The notes beneath the pieces are model-generated. The model was not told where the DNA came from, searched no databases, and worked only from the letters and a program-made list of their open reading frames with translations. DNA of 64,000 nucleotides from an uncultured Nitrososphaerota archaeon. GTDB taxonomy: Archaea > Thermoproteota > Nitrososphaeria > Conexivisphaerales > DTJL01. This document shows, in pieces, positions 48,861 to 59,891 of the stretch (position 1 is its first letter; each line of letters starts with the position of its first letter). The stretch spans positions 320,001 to 384,000 of the forward strand of contig CAWJIE010000005.1 of assembly GCA_963842885.1 (NCBI GenBank). Reading direction: 5' to 3'. Both the position numbers and the translations under genes were made by a program.

Positions 48861-49139
48861 CTAATACGGCCTGTTTCTCTCGGCTTTTGCCCTGACGTTG
48901 ACAATTCCGAAGTGGATGGCGCAAGATACGCAGTAGTTCTTCTGGGTGGTTCCATATGGGATGTATGTGCCGGCCGCCCTGAGCTCTCTTGCCAGACTGG
49001 GCTCTACGAGGGTGATCCTCTGTGTGACCTTCTTGGCCTTGTCTCGCGGAACGGGGCGACCGCACTGGCTGCATTGCACGAAGCCGCTCGCTCCCTTGCC
49101 GCCTTTGCTTCTTCCTCGACTCTTCCTCTTCTGAGTCAA
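48861..49139 (-). CDS. rps26e: 30S ribosomal protein S26e
   Basis: KRKSRGR, VQCSQCGRPVPRDKAKK, YCVSCAIH. Confidence 0.95.
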   Translation of the reverse strand: MTQKRKSRGRSKGGKGASGFVQCSQCGRPVPRDKAKKVTQRITLVEPSLARELRAAGTYIPYGTTQKNYCVSCAIHFGIVNVRAKAERNRPY

Positions 49140-49343
49140 ATGGCTTGCACCTTACCTCCTAAGATAGCGCCTTAAAACTCTTTTATGGTCATAAACTCAC
49201 CTACCAGACCTTCGTGCTTCGGTCACTTGGAGGCAGGGGCCCCGTCGGGCAAATTGCCTTATCTCCGATCATGGAGCCCTCTACATGCTCTCCAGATGCC
49301 TCCACGGCCTAGGTTTTATAGAAGGGACTCTGAAGCGAGACCG

Positions 49344-50243
49344 TTGAAGGCCCTCGTAGCAGGCCACATTGTGCTCGACACCATCACGACCGAGGGCTAT
49401 TCCGCGGAGAGCCTTGGTGGGCCTCCCACGTACATGGGGTTCCTCCTGAGGCGGCTGGGCTTCGACGTCACGGTCGCCACCTCGATAGGGTATGACTTCG
49501 GAGACGAACGCCTTCGGCAGCTCCTTTCGACCGGCATACACTTCCTTAATCCCCCGCTGACGGAGTCCCCTACTACACGCTTCGACATCACATTCCTCTG
49601 GGATCGGCGGGCCCTTCGCCTTCTGAGCCGGTGCGAAGACATCCCTCCGCCGAGGAGCGGCATCCCCGACTACGACATCGTCCTCGTGAACCCCGTCGCC
49701 GGCGAGATCGCCGTGGAATCCCTTCCGAAATATCGGGCCATATCCAAGTTCACCTATCTCGACCCTCAAGGCTTCCTCAGGAGGTTTGAGGGCGATCAGG
49801 TGACCCTCGAAGACAGCCCCGAGCTCAGGGAGAGGCTACGGAGCGTCAGCGCGATCAAGGTGGACATCGAGGAGGGCAAGGTCCTCACGGGTAGCGAGGA
49901 CCCCATTGAGATCGGCTCCGGCTTGGCGAAGTTCGGCGTGAGGGAGTCCCTAGTCACAATGGGCGGAGATGGGACATATCTCAGGGCGGGGAACGACCTA
50001 TACTTCCTGAAGCCTCCTGTCGTGAAGCCTTTCGACGCGGTGGGAGCAGGTGACCTCCTCGGGGCCGGTTACGCCGCGGCCCGGACGGGGAAGGACCTTC
50101 CGAATTCGCTGGCATTCGCCGTGGCCTGCGCATCGGCCAGAATAGACCAGCCGGCGCTGGGTAAGATCCCTGAAGCCAGGGAGGTCGAAAGGCTGGCGGC
50201 CGACCTGGCGCCCAAGGTGGAGATCCTAGAAGGCCTTGGCTAG
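49344..50243 (+). CDS. PfkB-family carbohydrate kinase
   Basis: GHIVLD, LGGPP, DPQG, VTMG, DAVGAGD. Confidence 0.85.
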   Translation: MKALVAGHIVLDTITTEGYSAESLGGPPTYMGFLLRRLGFDVTVATSIGYDFGDERLRQLLSTGIHFLNPPLTESPTTRFDITFLWDRRALRLLSRCEDIPPPRSGIPDYDIVLVNPVAGEIAVESLPKYRAISKFTYLDPQGFLRRFEGDQVTLEDSPELRERLRSVSAIKVDIEEGKVLTGSEDPIEIGSGLAKFGVRESLVTMGGDGTYLRAGNDLYFLKPPVVKPFDAVGAGDLLGAGYAAARTGKDLPNSLAFAVACASARIDQPALGKIPEAREVERLAADLAPKVEILEGLG

Positions 50244-51664
50244 GTACACGGTGCGAGAAGCCGGCCTTCTGCACCAGACGCACCCTCCGTCGGGCTTAGC
50301 TTCGTCGGCGATGTCTCTTCCGCGCACTTCATAACCACCCGTCGCATCCTTGATGGAGTCGGCGCATTCCCGTGCCCCGCAGAACGGGGCCTTCATGATT
50401 ATCAGAGAGGCCGAGCTGGCGATCATGGAGTCCCTGTCCTTGACCGTGACCAACCTCTCCTTGAGAGTGCTCCAGGCCCTCGTCTTCAGCTCCTCCAAGA
50501 TGTCCTTCCTGAGATGTTCTATGGACGCCTCGACGTCGCCCTCCTTCACCAAGGTGCGCGCCTTCGTGTCTCGGCGGAAGAGGGTCACGTTTCCCTGTTC
50601 GACCTCTCTTTGACCGATCTCGAGACGCACGGGGACGCCCTTCGTCTCCCAGCGGAAGTACTTCTTCCCGGGCGTCAAGTCGGAGTCGTCCAGGAACACG
50701 GAGTACCCCTTCCTGGAGAGCGAACCCGCTATCTCCTTGGCTTTGGCCGATACCTTCTCTTCGACCCCCTTGTAGAGGATCGGAACGACTACAACGTCGT
50801 ACTCCGACAGGCCGAAGGGTAGCACCAGGCCATTGTTGTCGCCATGGGTGGCAACCACCGCCGCCAAGATGCGTGAAACGCCGGGCCCGAAGCATGTGGA
50901 ATATGGAATCTGCTTTACACCGCCGGCGTCGAGAATAGGAGACGTCGTACGTCCCGGTGAAATGCTGACCGAGGAAGTGGGTCGTCCCTATCTGGAGCAC
51001 GTGGCCATCAGGGAGGAGGGCGTCATAGGCGCAGGAGCTGTCGGCCCCCGGGAACCGGTCGAACTCCTCTCTCTCGGCCACGAGAAAGGCGAGGCCGAGC
51101 TGGTCGAAGACCCTCTTACATATCTCCAGGTCCTCCTTGACCTGGGTCTTCGCGGCCTTCGGCCGTGGCGAAGACGTCGTGGGTCTCAATCCAGAGGAAT
51201 TCCCTTCCTCGGAGGAGAGGCCTCGTCGCCCTTGTCTCGCGCCTATAGACGGCTACGGATTGATAGAACTTGAAGGGCAGGTCCTGGTAGCTCCTCAGCC
51301 ATAGAGAATACATCGGATATATCGCCGTCTCCGAGGTGGGGCGGAGCACCAACTTCTCGTCCAGCTCCTCGCCTCCTGCCTCCCCTATGATGAAGACCTG
51401 GTCTTCGAAGCCCTTTATGTGCTCGGTCTCCTTCTTGAACGAGGAGAACGGTATGAGGAGAGGGAAAAGGACCTGCTGGTGGCCGTTCGCCTCCAGCTGA
51501 TATTCGAGCATTTCATAGATGCGCCTGCAGATGCGCATCGCGTTGGCCCTGTAGACGACGAAGCCCTTCACCCCGTATCGAGAATCGATGAGCTGGGCCT
51601 GCTCCAACACCGAATCGAACCACTGGCTGAAGTCCTTGGCCTTGTCTGCCTTCCTTTCACTCAT
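50226..51664 (-). CDS. proS: Proline--tRNA ligase (split over three frames)
   Basis: FSQWF, LRPTSETAIY, PLLRGREFLW, LQIGTTHFLGQHF, HGDNNGLVLP, GVPVRLEIG. Confidence 0.92.
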
Positions 51665-51695
51665 TTTTGACAGACTACACTATTGCGATGCTTTC

Positions 51696-52133
51696 TTAAA
51701 CCTTTTCCCCCTCGAAAGGAGGACCGTCGCGGCGATGATGGGGAGGCAGATGGCAAGGAGTTGGAGCCACTGGAGGAGGGTCAGCGTGTCCACTTGAAAC
51801 AGGCCAGCGACAGGCGGCACTCCGGTGACGATTAGCTGCAGCACGAACGCGAGGAGGAGTGAGGCGAAGAGCCACTGGTTGACCTGTCATGCCCGGTCGC
51901 TGCACGCACTGGACATCAGCACCATCAAGAGCTCCGCCACCACGACCAGCGAAAAGGCGAGCCCTCGGGCTGACTTGATCCCCATCTTCAGCTCGAGGTC
52001 GAAGAGTGCGATGGAGAATGCAGAGAAGTAGATGGCCGTGAGCGCATGCCAGGGCTTTGCATCTAAGTAGGCTTCGCCTCCAAGGGCTTCCGGCCCGGCC
52101 AAATCCTTCGGCGGTCAGGCTCCACCGTTTCAT
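51696..52133 (-). CDS. Membrane protein, unknown function (frameshifted)
   Basis: Hydrophobic segments across frames; coupled to trmI. Confidence 0.35.
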   Translation of the reverse strand: MKRWSLTAEGFGRAGSPWRRSLLRCKALACAHGHLLLCILHRTLRPRAEDGDQVSPRARLFAGRGGGALDGADVQCVQRPGMTGQPVALRLTPPRVRAAANRHRSAACRWPVSSGHADPPPVAPTPCHLPPHHRRDGPPFEGEKV

Positions 52134-52963
52134 TGTTCCGCTTCGTCGTCTTCTTCGGCTTCCGGCTCGGGCTCGGGCGGCGGGGCCTCCTCCTTCTCCA
52201 GTAGCCTAGTCGCCGTGACGATGTAAGCCGTGTGGCCTATCATCCGCGTCGAAGGTCTGGTCATGCCAATCCTCGCCTCCATCTTCCTGAAGAGAATCTC
52301 GAAACACTCGGTCCGGGTGAAGCCGTTCTTCTTCAGCTTGTCCACCAGCAGCTCGGCTTGGTTCGTCGTCGGCGTGATGCCGGCGAAGCCTCCCGAAGGC
52401 TTGAGGGCCTTCCAAGCGATGTCGACGAAGTTCCACGGGTCACCCAGGTCGATTATGGCTGCGTCGGCGTCCGTCTCCTCGAAGCCTTTCGACGCGTCGG
52501 CTAGCTTCAGGTCGACGAACTCCGAAAGACCGGCCTTGGCGAGGTTCTTGGTGGCCATCCGGTGGAAGTCCTCCCGGATTTCATAGCTGTACACCCTTCC
52601 GCCAGGCCTCACCAAGCTGGCCACGTATGTCGTGAGCGCGCCACTCCCCGTCCCCGTCTCCACTACCCTGGCCCCCGGGCCAATCCCGGTCTTCAAGGCG
52701 ATAAGCCCCAAGTCCTTGGGGTAAACGATCTGGGTCTGTCGCTCACATTTCATTAGAAAGTCCTCGACGGTAGGCTTGAGCGCGTAGAAGCTCTGGCCGG
52801 TGTCGGAAAGCACCGAACAGCCGAAGTCGTTGCCGACGATCCCTCCGAAGGGGACCCTCCCGAGATGTGTGTGAAAGTCGCCCTTCGCAGAGACCTTAAG
52901 GAGCCAGTTCTTCCCCTTCCTCGAGTAGAGCAGGACGTAGTCTCCATCCTTGATGGCGGTCAT
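52130..52963 (-). CDS. trmI: tRNA (adenine57/58-N1)-methyltransferase
   Basis: TQIVYPKD, ETGTGSGALT, YEIREDF, DLGDPW, RPSTRMIGHT. Confidence 0.92.
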   Translation of the reverse strand: MTAIKDGDYVLLYSRKGKNWLLKVSAKGDFHTHLGRVPFGGIVGNDFGCSVLSDTGQSFYALKPTVEDFLMKCERQTQIVYPKDLGLIALKTGIGPGARVVETGTGSGALTTYVASLVRPGGRVYSYEIREDFHRMATKNLAKAGLSEFVDLKLADASKGFEETDADAAIIDLGDPWNFVDIAWKALKPSGGFAGITPTTNQAELLVDKLKKNGFTRTECFEILFRKMEARIGMTRPSTRMIGHTAYIVTATRLLEKEEAPPPEPEPEAEEDDEAEQ

Positions 52964-53097
52964 GCTTTGACGGTGGTGAAGTCAGGTAACAAGCTTAAAG
53001 GCATATTGCCCGCCCTTCACCTTGCCGAAAGGATAGGCTCACACTTCAAGTTTAAATAACCGACGAAAGGAGCTAATTAACAAGGTATCGTTTCGAC

Positions 53098-53358
53098 ATG
53101 GACGAAGCGCCAACAAGCCCAGCAGAACAGCCGCAGGAGAGGAGGCTTCCGAGGTCCTACTTCAAGCCGAAGCCCGTTAAGGTGGGCGATGAGCTGGAGG
53201 TCGAGATTTCGGAGATTAGCCGCCGCGGCGACGGCCTTGCGAGAGTTCAAGGTTACGTTATCTTCGTGCCGAACACAAAGCAGGGAGATAAGGTCAAGGT
53301 CAAGATCTCTCAGATAAGGCCCAGTTTTGCGATGGGTGAGATCGTAAAACCGCAGTAG
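53098..53358 (+). CDS. Single TRAM-domain RNA-binding protein
   Basis: PVKVGDELEVEI...RRGDGLARVQGYVIFVP...GDKVKVKI. Confidence 0.9.
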   Translation: MDEAPTSPAEQPQERRLPRSYFKPKPVKVGDELEVEISEISRRGDGLARVQGYVIFVPNTKQGDKVKVKISQIRPSFAMGEIVKPQ

Positions 53359-53586
53359 CCCGTCTTCGGTTCGCCAAACGAGCTGAAGCCGAAGCTATTG
53401 AAGACCACTTTTTTGTTTGCTGCCCCTGCCACTTTGGGCCCTGGAGCTAGCAACCGGGCCCGCACTAATGCCTCGGGTTGACTCCATGGCGCGCTGAGCC
53501 CCCGGGGATGCCGGCGCTGCGTCGACGTGGAGAGGGCATCGGGATGTCGCAAACGCTTTTCTACTTCCCGAACACAGTTTGTCTCG

Positions 53587-54541
53587 TTGCCTCAGAATAC
53601 GGTTGAACGGACCTACGAAGCCATCCGTTCCATGGAGATCCGCGGCGCGGGTCGCATAGCGAGGGCCGCCGCGGAGGCGCTCAAGGAGACTGCGATCTCC
53701 AGCAAGGCCAAGACGCCGACCCAGTTCATGGAAGAGCTGTCCAAGAATGGACGAAAGCTGAAGGAAGCTCGCCCCACCGCCGTGTCCCTGCCGAACAGCA
53801 TCAACTTCATCCTCGGCGGCGCTTCCAAGGGCCTTACGAAGGGGATGAAGATGGAGACCCTGAAGAAGATCGTCGTCCGACTTTCCGACGACTTCATCTC
53901 GCGCAGCACCAACGCCGTGGGCATCATCGGAGAGATCGGCGCCAAGAGGATCGTCTCGGGCGACCTAATCCTGACCCACTGCAACAGCGAAGCCGTCACT
54001 CAGATCCTCCTCGACCGCGAAGTCTCAGAACAAGGAGTTCCAGGTCCTGGTCACCGAAACGAGGCCTCGCTACCAGGGCAGATTGACGGCCGCCATCCTG
54101 GCAAGGAACGGGGTGGACGTCTCGCTCATCCCCGACTCGGCCTGTAGGCTGTATATGCATGAGGTGGACCGTGTGCTGGTGGGGGCCGATGCCATCGCTT
54201 CAAACGGGGCGGTGGTCAACAAGATAGGCACTTCCACGATCGCGGTTGTGGCCCACGAGACCCGGACGCGGTTCTTCGTTGCGGCGGAGACGTACAAGCT
54301 CAGCCCGCGGACCCTCCTGGGAGACCTGGTCGAGATCGAGGAGAGGAGCCCCCTCGAGGTGGTCAGCGGGAAGTGGATGGAGGAGAACCCTGGCGTGAAG
54401 GTCAAGAACCCCTCCTTCGACATCACCCCTCCGGAGTACATCGACCTGATCATCACTGAGCAAGGGGTCTTCCCGCCGCAGGGGATCGTGTTTCTGATGA
54501 AAGAGTTATACCCGGAACCTCTCTCGCTCACTCTCGAATGA
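53587..54541 (+). CDS. Ribose-1,5-bisphosphate isomerase (eIF2B-like; frameshift near 54015)
   Basis: MEIRGAGRIAR, ARPTAVSLPN, LTHCNS, GADAI...NKIGT, NPSFDITP. Confidence 0.85.
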
Positions 54542-54915
54542 TAGAGAGAGTCTTCTCCGAGAAAGCGCCGAAACCGATCGGGCCCTACAGCCAGGCCATC
54601 AAGGCAGGAGGCTTCGTGTTTGCCTCTGCGCAGCTGGGCATGGACCCTTCGACGGGGGCCCTGGCCCAGGGCATTGATGAGCAGGCCAGGCTTGCCATCA
54701 GGAATGTCGGTTTGGTTCTGGCCGAGGCCCGGGCCGACTGGGGGTCAGTTGTAAAGGTCACCCTCTATCTGACCGACATGTCATTCTTCAGCAAGGTGGA
54801 CGAACTGTATGCGGCCTCCTTGGGGGATGCGGCTCCGGCCAGGTCCACCATCGGGGTGTCTTCTCTGCCCAAGGGTGCGCTGGTCGCAATCGACGCGCTG
54901 GCCTTCCTCGGCTAG
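54538..54915 (+). CDS. ridA: RidA/YjgF enamine deaminase
   Basis: APKPIGPYSQA, VKVTLYL, PARSTIGV..LPKG. Confidence 0.88.
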   Translation: MIERVFSEKAPKPIGPYSQAIKAGGFVFASAQLGMDPSTGALAQGIDEQARLAIRNVGLVLAEARADWGSVVKVTLYLTDMSFFSKVDELYAASLGDAAPARSTIGVSSLPKGALVAIDALAFLG

Positions 54916-55994
54916 GGCTCGACGGAGACCAGGGGGCCTTCCAGCTCCAGGCTCCTGTTCATGGCCACTTCGGAGATCGTCCCTATGAAGTTGACAGTCT
55001 GCACAAGACCAAGGAGTATGGAGCGAAGGGCGAAGGCGAAGGAGACCCTCTTGGCCGGCTCGCCGTAGTTGGGGTCGGATATGTACGCCTGGGACAGGCG
55101 GAAGCTGGCTTCGTTGAGCTCCTTCTCCAGGCGATTCGAGCGCTCGATGGCCTTGTTGGACTGCACCGTGTCTCTGTTGAGGAGGGCGTTGAACGACTGC
55201 GCGTAGAGCTCCACGACTTCGCGGAAGAGGCGGCCGATCTCCTCGTTGTGGCTCGCCTTGAGCTCGTAGCCGGAATCGAGGATGGAGACCGTGTTGACGG
55301 ATATCTGCTCCGCGTAGTCGCCTATCTTCTCGGCCAGCTTGGCCACGAGCCTGTTGCCGGCGATGTTCAGCACGTTGTCGATCCCGATCTTCTTCGCGGC
55401 GTCGAGCCTCTTGGAGGCGTAGAGGAGCTGCCTCACCGTCATCCAGTATATCTTGTCCATCTCCTCTTCGACCAGGACAACTTCCTGGGCAGACTCCTTC
55501 TTGCGCTCGAGTAGACCCTTGAACGACGCCTCCAGCATGTAGGTGGTTACGGTGTGAAGTCGCCGAAGGAGGCCGTCGATGGGGAACTTCGTCGGGTCGA
55601 GGAAGCTCTGTATCGTGATCGTGCCGGCCGTCTGTTCGACGATGCCGAAGCCGTTCAGCCTCTGCACGGCAGACTTGACCTCTTCGAGCTGCGACGCGTT
55701 CATGCCGTTCTTCCCGAGCACTACGATTGTCTCGGCTCCGATGATGTAGAGTCCAATGATAGTCCGTCTGAGAAGTCCAGGGTCGGCTATCTTGTCTACG
55801 TTCACCACCCTCTTGGGAAGCTTCTCGTCCTTCGCCAGCCCGGGATGGAGCCGTAGGGAGCCATCTTCAAGGCGGATGATGGAGATGACGTCGCCCGCCT
55901 TGACTCCTACCTCCTTGACCCAGTCCTTGGGGAGAGAGACAGAAAGAGTGGAATAGCCCACCATCTGTACTTTCCTTACATCTATATTGGACAT
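54912..55994 (-). CDS. phoU: Phosphate uptake regulator, AbrB plus PhoU domains
   Basis: RKVQMVGYSTLSVSLPKDW AbrB domain; EEEMDKIYW, EKIGDYA. Confidence 0.85.
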   Translation of the reverse strand: MSNIDVRKVQMVGYSTLSVSLPKDWVKEVGVKAGDVISIIRLEDGSLRLHPGLAKDEKLPKRVVNVDKIADPGLLRRTIIGLYIIGAETIVVLGKNGMNASQLEEVKSAVQRLNGFGIVEQTAGTITIQSFLDPTKFPIDGLLRRLHTVTTYMLEASFKGLLERKKESAQEVVLVEEEMDKIYWMTVRQLLYASKRLDAAKKIGIDNVLNIAGNRLVAKLAEKIGDYAEQISVNTVSILDSGYELKASHNEEIGRLFREVVELYAQSFNALLNRDTVQSNKAIERSNRLEKELNEASFRLSQAYISDPNYGEPAKRVSFAFALRSILLGLVQTVNFIGTISEVAMNRSLELEGPLVSVEP

Positions 55995-56146
55995 ATACCT
56001 CGAGTCTTGCGTTCAGAGGGTTATATATTTTCTTGATTATTCTTTCAAGACTATATTCTCTGTACTTAGTGAGCAACGAGGCCTTCCGCCCGGGTGGGAG
56101 GGCGACGTCTCTTGATGGCCCGGGCATCATCCCGGATGGACATTCC

Positions 56147-56593
56147 CTAATCTGCGGGCGCCGACTTCCATGCCTTGACGGCCTCGAGCCAGAAGGCCGC
56201 CGAGGCCAGCCCGAGCAGGGCCGCGGGCCACATCGCCAGCGGTTCGGACGCGATAACTCCGATTCCCTGAACGATGAAATACACCGCAAAGACCGTGAAG
56301 AAGGCCGCATAGAAGACGAAGCGGGGCACAAGGAGCGTGCCTAGGCGCAGGAAGTCTCGCATCAGATCGACCTTGACCTCCTTCATTATCTCATACTCGC
56401 CGCCCTCTTCCCTCAGGAGGCCCATCTCCACCAGCTTGGAGAGGTGGTACTGGGCGAGGGATGGATTGGATAGACGGAGGGCTCTCTGGACCTGTCGCAC
56501 TCCCACCTTCCTCTGACGGAGGACGTAAAGGTACACCCTTAGCGTATTGCCCTTCAGCTGAGCCTGCACGTCCTCGCTGGCCAAGGCGCTCAC
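56147..56593 (-). CDS. Membrane-anchored winged-HTH regulator
   Basis: GVRQVQRALRLSNPSLAQYHLSKL plus VPRFVFYAAFF TM. Confidence 0.75.
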   Translation of the reverse strand: MSALASEDVQAQLKGNTLRVYLYVLRQRKVGVRQVQRALRLSNPSLAQYHLSKLVEMGLLREEGGEYEIMKEVKVDLMRDFLRLGTLLVPRFVFYAAFFTVFAVYFIVQGIGVIASEPLAMWPAALLGLASAAFWLEAVKAWKSAPAD

Positions 56594-56676
56594 GCACCAT
56601 TAAAAGACGACCCATTAAAAACCTAACGTGTGTTAACGCCCATTTCAAAACGAGCCCTGGCTGCCCTCAGCTCTGA

Positions 56677-57549
56677 TCAAGTCTCTGCGACCACGTGATT
56701 CTCGATATATCCCAGGCCTTCGATCTCGACCTTCACCAGATCGCCGGGCTTAAGGAGCCTCGGCTCAGGCTTCCAGTGATAGCCTACGCCCGCCGGGGTG
56801 CCGGTCGCTATGACGTCGCCGGCCTCCAGGGTCATCGCTTGGCTCAGAGTCGAAATGACTTCGGGCACCTTCTTTATCATGCCTCTCGTGCTGGCATCCT
56901 GCCTGAGCTCGCCGTTCACCCAGGTCCTCAGACGGAGGGCGGAGGCATCGGCGACCTCTTCCTTCGTCGTGATCCACGGGCCTAGGGGTGCGAACGAATC
57001 GCAGCTCTTCCCTCTGGTCCACTGGCCGTCGCCGAACTGGATGTCGCGTGCTGAGACGTCATCGAACACCAGGAAGCCTAGGACGAAGCCCGAGGCCTCC
57101 GACGGGCTCACCTTCTTGCACCGCTTCCCAATCACCACGCCGAGCTCTCCCTCATAGTCCAGCTGACGAGTCACAGAGGGGTAGACGATGTCTTCGTAGG
57201 GGCCGGCGACCGCCGTGGCTGGCTTCATGAAGATCATCAGCTCCTTGGGTGGCTTGGTGTCAGCTTCGGAAACGTGCTCCATGTAGTTCCGACCGAGGCA
57301 CACTATCTTGCCGGGCCTCGGGATTGGAGCTAGCAGCTTCGCCACATCAAGGGTAAGGCGGGTCTCCGAGGAGGACGCTAGCTCCGCCAGCGACTTCTGG
57401 AACGAACTGCCCATCAGGACTTCCGAGGAGACGAGCTCGAAAAGGCAGTGAGGGAGGTCCTCCCCGACAGAGGATGCAGGCACTAGGGATTCCCCAATGA
57501 CGAAGCCGTAGTCCTGCCTGCCCATGGACTCGAAGCGCGCTATCTTCAT
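56677..57549 (-). CDS. Fumarylacetoacetate hydrolase family protein
   Basis: KIVCLGRNY, DYEGELGVVIG, DVSARD, GKSCDSF, TGTPAGVG. Confidence 0.9.
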   Translation of the reverse strand: MKIARFESMGRQDYGFVIGESLVPASSVGEDLPHCLFELVSSEVLMGSSFQKSLAELASSSETRLTLDVAKLLAPIPRPGKIVCLGRNYMEHVSEADTKPPKELMIFMKPATAVAGPYEDIVYPSVTRQLDYEGELGVVIGKRCKKVSPSEASGFVLGFLVFDDVSARDIQFGDGQWTRGKSCDSFAPLGPWITTKEEVADASALRLRTWVNGELRQDASTRGMIKKVPEVISTLSQAMTLEAGDVIATGTPAGVGYHWKPEPRLLKPGDLVKVEIEGLGYIENHVVAET

Positions 57550-57700
57550 GTGACGGTCGTTCGAAGTCGAAGCTTCCTCCCTAAATAAGGGAGTCGGGGG
57601 CAGCCCCGAATGTAGCTCCTTCGAGCGGCCTCCTTGTTTGGCTACGTTTTTATCATGGAGGCAGGAGCCTTATCCTTCAGTTGTTCGGAGGCTCTTGAGG

Positions 57701-59837
57701 TTGTCGGTTTCAAAGGAGCAGATCCTTCAGGCGCTTTCCAAGGTGAAAGACCCTGAGCTTGGGAAGGACATAGTCTCGTTGGGATTCGTGAGAGAGATTA
57801 GCATCCTGGGCAAGGAAGTTTACATCAGGCTGGTGCTCACCACACCTGCCTGTCCGGCCCGGAATCAGCTCCTCAGCGACGCGAACGCCCGCGTCGCCGC
57901 CATCCCAGGGGTCGAGAAGGTCCACATAGACCTCCCGGCGGAGGTGTCCTCCTCGAGCCCCGTCGGCAGGTCTGGCATCTCCCAGATCAAGAACGTGATA
58001 GCCGTCGCGAGCGGGAAGGGTGGCGTGGGCAAGTCGACGGTTGCTGTCAACTTGGCCGTCGCGCTCGGCAAGATGGGCGCAAAGGTGGGCATCTTGGACG
58101 CCGACATATATGGCGCTAGCATCCCTGCGATGCTGGGGGCGTCGGGCCTACCGGGTGTCCATGACAACAAGATCACCCCGCTAGTCGCCCAGGGGGTGGA
58201 AGTGGTCTCCATGGGCTTCTTCAGCAGCACCCAGACCCCCGTCATATGGAGAGGCCCCCTCATAGGCAAGGCCGTCAAGGACTTCCTCGAGCTGGTCGAA
58301 TGGAGCCCACTGGATTATCTTATCGTCGACCTTCCGCCGGGCTGCCTGCCTGCCGGGACAATGGTTATCAGCCGCCAACAGCGTGCCAGTTCCAATCGAG
58401 AAGGTAAAGGTCGGAGAGTTTGTTCTCAGTTACGATGGCTCGCACCTGGTGCCGCGGAGAGTTGCGGGGGTCCTTCCAGAAGGTATGCAGGAGGTCTACG
58501 AGTTGAGGACACCCAACCGCACAATCGTTGCTTCTGCGAACCACCCGTTCATGAAGTACCATTGGTCCGACAAATACGCTTGGCGACGGCTTGACCAGCT
58601 TAAGGCAGGAGACAGGATACTGGCAGCTAATTGCATTGAAGGAGGTCGACCGATGGCCCTGCCTGACCTCGATCGGAGCTCAAAGGTGAGCTTGCCAAAG
58701 GAGACAACAGCGGAGTTCATGCAAATACTCGGTCATTTCGTCGGCGATGGTTTCATAAAAAGAACAAAGCGAAAGTCCCTGGCCGAGCTCCGTATCTGCG
58801 AACCTAGAGGCAGCAAATACAGGGACAAGTACGAATCGCTTTACCGAGAAGTCCTTGGGTGCCGCACGTTTGAGGATAACGACGGCCAGAAGTTCGCGGT
58901 AAGCTCAGTTTCTGTGGCGAACCTGTTCATTGCGCTCGACCTGGACCACAAAGCGCGGAAGAAGTGCATCCCAGATTGGATCTTCTCACTTCCACTAGAC
59001 CAACGGGTTGCATTCATCAGGGGATATGCTGAGGCGGACGGTAGCATCCGACACAGAGAATTGGCTAAGCAGCTGCCAGATTCGAGGGGTGTGATACGCA
59101 CCGTTGTCATCAGTCAAGACGTAGTCGGAATTGCTAGCACCAATGAAAGGCTCGTCGGACAGCTTCGTCAGCTCTGCATGATCAGCGGGTATCGCGTGAC
59201 CAACGTGCGAGAACGGCAGAGGAAAGGAAACATGCTCAAGAGCGGAAGGAGGATCCCAGGCGCCAAGCATTTTGAGTTCGAATTCTCTCTCAAGACGGAC
59301 GCGAGACCCTTCAAGCTCACGAGGATTAGATCGATCAAACCCTTGGGTATACGCCCTACATATGACCTTCACGTGGAAGGATCCCAGAGCTTCGTCGCGG
59401 ACGGCGTGATCGTCCATAACACGGGGGACGCCGCGCTTTCACTCGCGCAGTCCATCAGGATCACCGGCGTGGTCGTCGTGACGACCCCGCAGGAGGCAGC
59501 GCTCCAGGTGGCAAGCAAGGCCCTCTACATGTTCAGGAAGCTGGACATACCCATCCTCGGGATCATCGAGAACATGAGCTACTTCGTGTGCCCGCATTGC
59601 GGCGAGCGGGCCGAGATCTTCAGCCACGGCGGCGGTAAGAGCGCCGCGAAGGAGGCGAGCGTGCCGTTCCTTGGCGAGATACCGCTCGACACGCAGGTCC
59701 GCGTAGCCGGCGACGTTGGCATACCTCTGAGCACGAAGGAGAGCCCGGTCGCGGAGAGCTTCGCCGAAGTGGCACGGACCCTCGCCGGCCAGATAAGCAT
59801 ACTCAACTACACCAAGAAGGAACAGCACGCCCAGTGA
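57701..59837 (+). CDS. mrp: Mrp/ApbC/NBP35 Fe-S carrier ATPase with intein (frameshift near 58370)
   Basis: DUF59 DPEL...TTPACP, SGKGGVGKST, DADIYG, WRGP, DLPPG/TGD, ENMS..CPHC. Confidence 0.9.
58343..59420 (+). mobile_element. Intein with LAGLIDADG endonuclease in Mrp
   Basis: CLPAGT start, ASANHPF, LGHFVGDG, FIRGYAEADG, TYDLHV...VIVHN before Thr. Confidence 0.88.
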
Positions 59838-59891
59838 GATACCGCAGTCCTCTCTACGCTTATATATGAATCAGGGGCGGTATCCACGGAA

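Noticed and set aside
3877-59837. Numerous frameshifts (argS, pit, tyrS, thrS, proS, DegT, Nudix, mrp, rep) as pseudogenes or programmed frameshifting
   Set aside because: They hit essential single-copy genes, often at short homopolymers, with intact motifs on both sides and no shared slippery motif; long-read consensus error is the simplest explanation.
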